Shown here piece after piece: positions 56,094 through 64,000 of a DNA stretch of 64,000 nucleotides. How positions within the stretch are numbered: position 1 is the first letter of the stretch; every line of letters starts with the position of its first letter. The translations under genes and the position numbers were made by a program. Origin of the DNA: Chrysomallon squamiferum (lineage: Eukaryota; Animalia; Mollusca); NCBI GenBank assembly GCA_012295275.1, contig CM022674.1, positions 12,772,001 to 12,836,000 of the forward strand. The letters are read 5' to 3'. The notes below the pieces were generated by a model. That model searched no databases. It was not told the origin of the DNA and saw only the letters and a list, made by a program, of their open reading frames with translations.

Positions 56094-56339
56094 TTGCTTT
56101 TACAAAACAAACTACAAAATACAGAACAAAAAATATTAACTTTTAAAAAAATACACAGAAACTGACAGAAAGATATTAAGGCACAAATGAATAAAAAAAA
56201 AAATGGTATTATATGATTAATTTACTATCATAGGTCTGTTTTATGTCAAACATTCGTAATTCCAACATTCTTATATTCATCATAATATATGAGGATATTC
56301 TATAGGAACCTTCCAATAAATAATACATTAACAGATAGA

Positions 56340-57022
56340 TACGTATGTTATATTATTCATTTGAGTACGTAGCCTGGTATATTATAAACTCACTTGAGTA
56401 CGTTGGTTGGTATGTTATATTATTCACTTGAGTACGTAGCCTGGTATATTATAAACTCACTTGAGTACGTTGGTTGGTATGTTATATTATTCATGTTACG
56501 TAGCCTGGTATATTATAAACTCACTTGAGTATGTTGGTTGGTATGTTATATTATTCACTTGAGTACGTAGCCTGGTATATTATAAACTCACTTGAGTACG
56601 TTGGTTGGTATGTTATATTATTCACTTGAGTACGTAGCCTGGTATATTATAAACTCACTTGAGTACGTTGGTTGGTATGTTATATTATTCACTTGAGTAC
56701 GTAGGTAGGTATGTTACAATACTCACTTAAGTACGTAGGCTTGTATGTTACAATACTCACTTCAGTACGCAGGTAGGTATGTTACAATACTCACTTCAGT
56801 ACGTAGGCTGGTATGTTACAATACTTACTTCAGTACGTAGGCTGGTATGTTACAATACTTACTTCAGTACGTAGGCTGGTATGTTACAATACTTACTTCA
56901 GTACGTAGGCTTGTATGTTACAATACTCACTTCAGTACGCAGGTAGGTATGTTACAATACTCACGTAAGTAACTAGGCTGGTATGTTACAATACTCACTT
57001 CAGTACGTAGGCTGGTATGTTG
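56340..57022 (-). repeat. 34-36 bp array (~19 copies) of EF-hand exon-2 end plus donor (aacataccagcctacgtactgaa|gtgagtattgt)
   Basis: The first unit overlaps the coding exon. Proximal copies are 34-bp monomers; the distal part (~56340-56700) is a ~70-bp higher-order dimer. Confidence 0.95.
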
Positions 57023-57093
57023 TAAACAGCTGATATGTATTCTGCTAGACTGACTCTTCCGTCTCCGTTTTTGTCCATCCCCGTAAAGACCAT
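56999..57093 (-). CDS. Calmodulin-like EF-hand protein, coding exon 2 (MVFTGMDKNGDGRVSLAEYISAVYNIPAYVLK)
   Basis: tttcag| acceptor, AA|gtgagt donor; canonical EF loop DKNGDGRVSLAE; phase 0 to 2; absent from ORF track. Confidence 0.92.
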
Positions 57094-57789
57094 CTGAAAT
57101 TGATTATCATTTTCTGAAATTACTGTTAAAAAATAGATTACTTTGGAAATACATGAACAGTAGTCTCATTCAAGCCCATTTACGAAATAAGAAAAAAAAT
57201 AAGAATTTTTTTTTTAAATGAATGAATAAATAATTAATTAATTAATTAATTAAAACAAATTCTTCAAGATTAATGTATCATCATTGACAGGCAGGTAAAG
57301 TATCTTTAGATTTGTCATTTCATATTATAATAATAACAACGACAACGACTACGATAATAATAACAGCAAAAATAACAACAACAAAAACAATAATGTAATA
57401 AATATTTTTTGCAACACTGATTGTCAAAGCACAATTAAGGAAAAGAAAAAAACGCAGAAAGAGGGAGAAAAAAAAGAAGGAAATAATCAATTTATTTTTT
57501 ACTATAATCTTCTTATGGTATTTATTTTATCTTGGCTCAGTTCAATTCTAAATCCTTATTCTTTTTTTAATAGCTGCTGTCAATCAATAGTAAATATTTA
57601 ATATGTGTTTTATTAGCATTTTAAAATTGTTCATTAGATAGAATTTATATAATTAACAGTAACAATTAACTAATTAATTAATTCAGTTTATCAAGATTAT
57701 CATTTCAATTCATCATCTGAAAGATTATCCTGAAAATGATCAACATGATCGTATCTTTATCATCATTATCAACATTTATTAATTAATTA

Positions 57790-57834
<45 letters not shown>

Positions 57835-57883
57835 TTGATACTCTCGATCAAACCAGTGTACTCTTGAGATTCGAACCGCTAAC

Positions 57884-58057
57884 CTCCGCTTCTTCATCCA
57901 AACAGCTCCATCCGCGCTTCTTTAGAACGTCCTTCACCTCGACGAATGATAAATATCCGCCATTATTCGTGTCGGCTTCGGCAAATTCCGCTTTAAATTG
58001 TTCCAACTGGTTCTGGACCCAGATTTGCGATTCTGAAGGTGGCGGTGTATCGGCCAT
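57884..58057 (-). CDS. Calmodulin-like EF-hand protein, coding exon 1 (MADTPPPSESQ...FAEADTNNGGYLSFVEVKDVLKKRGWSCLDEEAE)
   Basis: ATG in aagATGG context; EF loop DTNNGGYLSFVE; GAG|gttagc donor, phase 0. An acceptor (ttttccag, exon start 58098) upstream of the ATG implies a further non-coding exon. Confidence 0.9.
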
Positions 58058-58242
58058 CTTGTAAATGTGGGTTCGGTTACTCGACTTGTATCTCCAGACT
58101 GGAAAATGAGTTATAAAATAATACGGTTTCGAAAGAAGCAGTTAAAATTAAGATCCTCTATTTTATGATATTTATGTTTGTGTTTGTCGACAAACTGTAA
58201 AAGAGATAACCGTGAGCCCACGCCCAGATCTCTTGCTTGTTA

Positions 58243-58293
58243 TTAATAATAATAATAATAATAATAATAATGATGATGATAATGATGATGATG

Positions 58294-58328
<35 letters not shown>

Positions 58329-58350
58329 GATAATAATAATAATAATAATG

Positions 58351-58397
<47 letters not shown>

Positions 58398-58410
58398 AAT
58401 AATAATAATG

Positions 58411-58459
<49 letters not shown>

Positions 58460-58515
58460 TATAATAATATAGTAATAACAATAAATTAGTAATAATGATA
58501 ATAATGATGATGATA
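58243..58515. repeat. (AAT/GAT)n microsatellite
   Basis: Directly visible. Confidence 0.96.
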
Positions 58516-59668
58516 ATCCTACTACTAATAAAATCGTCTTCAGTCATCCATTCCAAATATAGTTAATTGAAAGTGTTTCTACAAAAACTGTACATATTTA
58601 TTTCATTAATTTTTTTTTTTTTAAAAATTACTTCCAGCTCCAGTGATAAAATAAATTTCATTTTTTTTTTTCATTTTTCTTTTTACCCACATTTCAAAAA
58701 CTTTTAAATTTTAAGTTTTTTTAGTTCCTTTTCTTTTTAATTTTTTTTAGTTCCTTTTCTTTTCTCATTTTGTCTTTCTCGTAACAATTAATCTCTCTCT
58801 AGCTGGCTGTTTCTTCCCCTTCATACTTCCTCCATCTAACTATCTGTGTTAAACTATGTCTTTCTAAAAATAAATAAAAACAAACAAACAGACTGACAAA
58901 TAAATAAATAAATAAATAAAAATGAGATAAATAGATAAAAGAAAGCCAACAACGATTCTTTCGAGTTTTACATTTTTTATTTCATTTTAAAAAAGAAACG
59001 AAAATGAGAACACTACGGAAATATGGAAGAATGCAGAGATAATTTTAACAAGTTTATGATGATAAAAAATAACACGTGTTTTTATTTTATTTACACATTG
59101 TGTGTTTATATATATTTACAGGTAATAAATCAATAAAACAAAGTAGAAAGATAAAATAAAAATCTCGATATAAGTAAATTTATTTAAGTGCCACTTAGAG
59201 ATATTGATTCAGGTTATCGCTAAACAACAATGGCTGTTCAATGTTTTGAATCGTGATTGAAAATTAGCAAAGTCATAACTGTTTAATGTTCTAAGATATT
59301 CAGTGAGTGCATGCTTTACAGGAACAAAAATATTTGAAATTTCTTTTTAATTTTCTTATGAATAAGTGTTGAAATATATTAATTGTTAAATATTTATTTC
59401 TAATAACTTGAAAAGTGTATTTAAAAGATTCGTGTATTTCTCATTTGAGTCTGATGTGTCTGAATTTATGAGACTTTTTATCACAAATATCAAATGGTTA
59501 AAACTGTAACTTCTCAAATGTCACTGAAAATTAAAAGTCAAGAACGTAAAGTCATTAAATGTTAAAGGTCAATTCTTAAATGTCACTGAAGAATGAATAA
59601 TCTTGAAAGTCATCAAAGAACCTGAAAGTCTGTGTTGAAGATGTTTTGACTGAAATTACTTACAAATT

Positions 59669-59669
<1 letters not shown>

Positions 59670-59705
<36 letters not shown>

Positions 59706-59944
59706 TAACAATAATAATAACAATAACAATAATAACGATAATAAAAATAACATTAATAATAATATTAATGATAATAATAACAGTAATAGCACTAATAATA
59801 ACAACAGCAATAATAACAACATCAACACTAATAATAATAAAATTAATAATAATAACATTAATAATAATTGTAATAATGATAGCAGTAATAACAATGATAA
59901 TAATAATAATAAAAATAACAGTAATAATAATAATAATAATAATA

Positions 59945-59987
<43 letters not shown>

Positions 59988-59995
59988 TAATAATA
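59670..59995. repeat. Degenerate (AAT/AAC)n tract
   Basis: Directly visible. Confidence 0.93.
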
Positions 59996-61419
59996 AAGTA
60001 ACCAATATCTGAATAATTTTGTATCAGTCAAAAAGTGAAAGTAACAGCAACCTGACTGTTTATTGAAAACTGATGTGAATTTCAAATCTGAATTCTGTTT
60101 CAGTTAAAACACAAAAATCTGACACACAGTAACTGATGAAAAAATTAATTAATTTGCTTTTTAGTGCTTTTAAGCAGAACCAACGTTAACATTTGTGTCG
60201 GAATGTGAATTAAATGATTTTTGTAAGAACTTTTGTGTGATATCTGCTGTAACCAATACAGAAAATCGCTGTATCAAAACTGAAATGATTTATATGAGTC
60301 ATGTAATCTCGTTTTAAAATGAATATGTCAAAAAGTTACATAAAGATTTAAATAGTGAGTTAGATTGCTGGTTTGCTTATAATTACGTTTGGTGCTAATA
60401 CATAAATAAATAAATCATGACTTCTTTATAATTTGTTTAAATTTTTGGAAAAATACATTTTTATGATGGTATGAACAACCGTAAAATTTTAATTTCTTTT
60501 TTTCATTTTGCTATATTTTTTCTTGCTAACATATTTGAGCTGACAATAAAAAATAGGCTATATACATTTGGTAAACTTTCAAATGTCTGATTTATTCAGT
60601 GAACATCATTATTATCATGTAAAGTTTTGACAAAGTTTTTCTTTATATCAGTCCATGATTTCTGATTTAAGATTCTCTGTGAATAGTGACGTCACGATTA
60701 CATAAGAAAAAAAAAAAAAAAAGTGCCCGGATTTGTTTGTGTATTTTCATACTTTGTTGTTAGTAAAGTTTGGTTATGTAACAAAAAAAAAACAATCATT
60801 AGAATGTATACGAACGTGTTTAAGTTGTTTGTTAAAATAATCAAACATAATTTGTAAAAACAAAAGAAGAAAAACAATTTTAAAAAAAAAAATTATTTAA
60901 AAAATAAAATAACAATAATAATAAACATTCAGGCCATTTTCACCACCGCATACAATCTTTAGATTTCGTTGGCCTAAGAATTCCGATGTAATAACAAAGC
61001 AATAGAAAATATTTAATATTGGATCGTGAATTCCAATCTTTGCACAACTTAAAAAGGTGCAGACACAAAGCTGAAAATCTCGAATCTTGAATCCTTCAAT
61101 TTGCTGATTTTCTGCTCTGAGTCTTACTTTTCAGACCACGATGTTTGTAAACGGGTAGTTAAAAACCGAGACTTTGTTCTTGTATCTCTGTACGTTTCGC
61201 TATGCAGCTTAGTCCCACTCTCGGGAAATCTCGGAAAATCCCGTGAAAGCTCGGTCTCGTCGCTACCCAACAAATCCAAGGATTCTTGCAGTGTTCCGAT
61301 CTAATTCACTATCAATATTTACAACGAAGTCATGAATGCTCTTCAATTATTGATAGGAATTTTGCAGCGGTCTTCTTTTCAGAAAATCCTCGTCGTTACC
61401 GAGGCATTAAATGTCCATG

Positions 61420-61560
61420 CATAATAAAATATGGCGTCCGATGTCAAACTACACAGTCTGACACGTGGGAACGTGTGGCGTGTGGTTTCCTGCGCCCTCT
61501 GGTGGCGCGATGATGAAGGACGATGTAAACAATAGCTGTTGACGTCATAGCTATGGAAAA
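61420..61560. promoter_or_regulatory. Candidate promoter/insulator: CTCF-like motif, E-box, CRE
   Basis: GCGCCCTCTGGTGGC 61492-61506, CACGTG 61462-61467, TGACGTCA 61540-61547; CpG-rich; ~3.4 kb upstream of the EF-hand ATG. Confidence 0.45.
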
Positions 61561-62851
61561 TTCGGTGAACCTGGAAAAAAAAAAGTAATTTAAAATAAAT
61601 AAATATGATAAGGATAAAAATATATATATAATGTCATTGTTCTTGATACGGATATATTTTAGACATAATTATACCAATATCGTGGAGGTAAATTTATAAA
61701 TAATTGGTCTCAAATGAATCATTATTGTAATGACAAGTATAAATTATTGCTGTAGACAGGAATACGTTATTCCACTGTGAATAATCAAATCGGCAAGAAA
61801 GGTTATGTTAACGACTGAGGCGTCTGCTTTGCGGGGAAAGCTAAAATACTTCTGTCATCATTGGCTGTTGTAATCTTCTGACACAGAACAACAAACCTTT
61901 TCTTTGTTGTTTATTAATTATTCAAACGAAAATTTAGTTTTACAAGAAAAAACATAATTTATCTGTGTTTTTAAGTCTTTTCGGATCTTTCGGAATTTAC
62001 AGAACACCACCATGATAAGGGAATTAGTCATTTGTTTGTATTTGTAATAGTTCTTTATCACTCTCTCAGAAATATCAACAAGAAATAAATTAAATTAAGA
62101 CAACTATTAACACAAACCACTCTGAAATTAGAAGCCAAAAACGAGAACTAAACCAAAAACAACATCTGTAAGCTCCCCAGGCTCTGTTATCTTTCATCCA
62201 AAGCGATTACTTCCTTTGAGATCGATAATAATGACCGCTGGTCAGTTATTCTTTCACACCTGTCCCCCATTTCGCATTAAAGGACAGTCCTCGAGGACCC
62301 AGGCTGTTGGCCAGTACATGAAGCGGTCTGGTTAATCGCCGCAAATGGACAGATCGCCGTATTTTCATTGTAGTATCGCTTATTCAGAGAGCTTCCGTCC
62401 TAATAATTACCGTAAATACTCTCAAATTGACGCCGGTTTTATCGATTATCTGCAGCGGGTTGACCAGGACAAAACTGGACACTTCACCTAAACGCGAAAC
62501 TCTCCATCAAGTTAAAAAAAAAAAAAAAAATTTTGTTACAGTTACGTATTTCCGGAAGTGTGATAATGAGGTCACGTTCGCCATGACGTTAAATTAATTT
62601 GAACGTGTTAGTAGGTTAGCGAGTTAGTGAATTAGAAATATTCTAGTTAGTACTGTTAGTTAGGTTCTGTTAGAAGAAGGCAGGTTGTTGGATGTTTTTA
62701 CAGTTTTGACAGTATAAAGTTTAAGGCTGCCCACCAGAAGAATGATTAAATGGTTTCAGTATTAAAATATCTGATATTTGTTTTATGATGTTCATCGGTA
62801 AACAGATTAAATTAAATTAAATTAAAATGAAGAAGATGATAATAATAATAA

Positions 62852-62894
<43 letters not shown>

Positions 62895-62948
62895 AAAATA
62901 AATTTGTAATATTAGTAGGAGCTCTGATGTAACTACGAAATTAATATT

Positions 62949-62950
<2 letters not shown>

Positions 62951-63037
<87 letters not shown>
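62951..63037. repeat. (CT)n microsatellite
   Basis: Directly visible. Confidence 0.97.
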
Positions 63038-63040
<3 letters not shown>

Positions 63041-63479
63041 TTCTCTCACTCTCCATCTTCCATCTCTCTCTCATCATCATCATCCTCCTCACAATATGCT
63101 TATCCCTAAATCTTTTTCTCATTAGCAAATCAAAAACTAAGAAAAAAACAAACAAAAAAAAACACGTTGACTCTCCCATCCAAACATCAGCGCCTGGAAG
63201 ACAAATTGAAGCCAGCGAGGTGAAAACGTGAAGACCCTCGATCAAGCCGTTGATGAGACATAAACTCTTAATCATTGCTCAAGTCAGCCGGCTAAAACTG
63301 GGGTAGAGCGACAAGGCGATTAGAAACACGCAGTTTTTTGTCGTCGAGATGCGAGTTTTGACAAATTAATGATATCGCAGCGCCCCCATGCAGTGACTGA
63401 TTGCTTATTGAAGGATTTCCACTGATAACGAAAAGATGATAAGAGTGTTAAAAAAATCTAAAAATTTATATATTTTTTT

Positions 63480-63925
63480 TATTATTATTATTATTAGAAA
63501 AAAAGTTGAAAATATTACTATTAGGCGTATTATTATTCTTGTTGTTGTTGGTTTTCCTATTATTACTATTATTGCCGTTGTTGATATTGTTGTTTTTTTT
63601 TTTGTTGTTTTTTATTATTATTATTATTTTTATTATTATTATTATTAATATTATTATAGATACTGATATTATTACTTTTATTACTGCTATTTATTTATTG
63701 TATGTTTTGTTACTATTGTTATTATTGTTATTGCTGTTGATCATATTATTATTATTAATATTATTATTATTACTGCTATTTTTTATTATTATTGTTGTTA
63801 CTGTTATTGCTGTTGTTCATATTATTATTCATATTATTATAATATTCATATTATTCATATTCATATTCATATTATTCATATTCATATTCATATTATTGTT
63901 GTTATTATTATTATTATCATTATTG
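63480..63925. repeat. Degenerate (ATT/GTT)n and (ATATTC)n tract
   Basis: Directly visible. Confidence 0.92.
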
Positions 63926-64000
63926 TAATGATAGTAACGGCCAAGTTTTTCTGAATATTTCCAGTAACGTCCAATCATAACATTGTTGTTGTTTTTTAAA

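Overview
AT-rich, microsatellite-dense animal genomic DNA with spliceosomal GT-AG introns. A lophotrochozoan, probably a mollusc, is my inference from protein style and repeat landscape and is not proven. Two genes can be built by hand. (1) The 3' part of an Atrophin/RERE (arginine-glutamic acid dipeptide repeats) corepressor gene on the + strand: 14 coding exons, 19195-40095. It covers the end of the SANT domain, the GATA-type zinc finger and the Atrophin-1 domain, with a probable ~5 kb 3' UTR. The BAH/ELM2 exons are not in the window, so 1-19194 is probably one large intron. (2) A three-coding-exon calmodulin-like EF-hand gene on the - strand, 58057-55398. Each gene has one single-base frame break at or near a homopolymer, most likely an assembly indel, but testable. 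The most unusual signal is that four exon/intron junctions in the two genes have been tandemly copied into the adjacent intron, forming arrays of decoy splice sites (up to ~19 donor copies in the EF-hand gene). Other observations: a perfect DR4 nuclear-receptor element with CCAAT boxes inside a RERE intron, an exonic CCAAT cluster, a CRE/E-box cluster around the EF-hand gene, a CpG-depletion boundary near 45 kb, and a composite satellite carrying ~20 TACTAAC motifs plus a G4-prone block. Most ORFs in the supplied track are artefacts of simple repeats. No RNA genes, CRISPR arrays or transposase ORFs were recognised.
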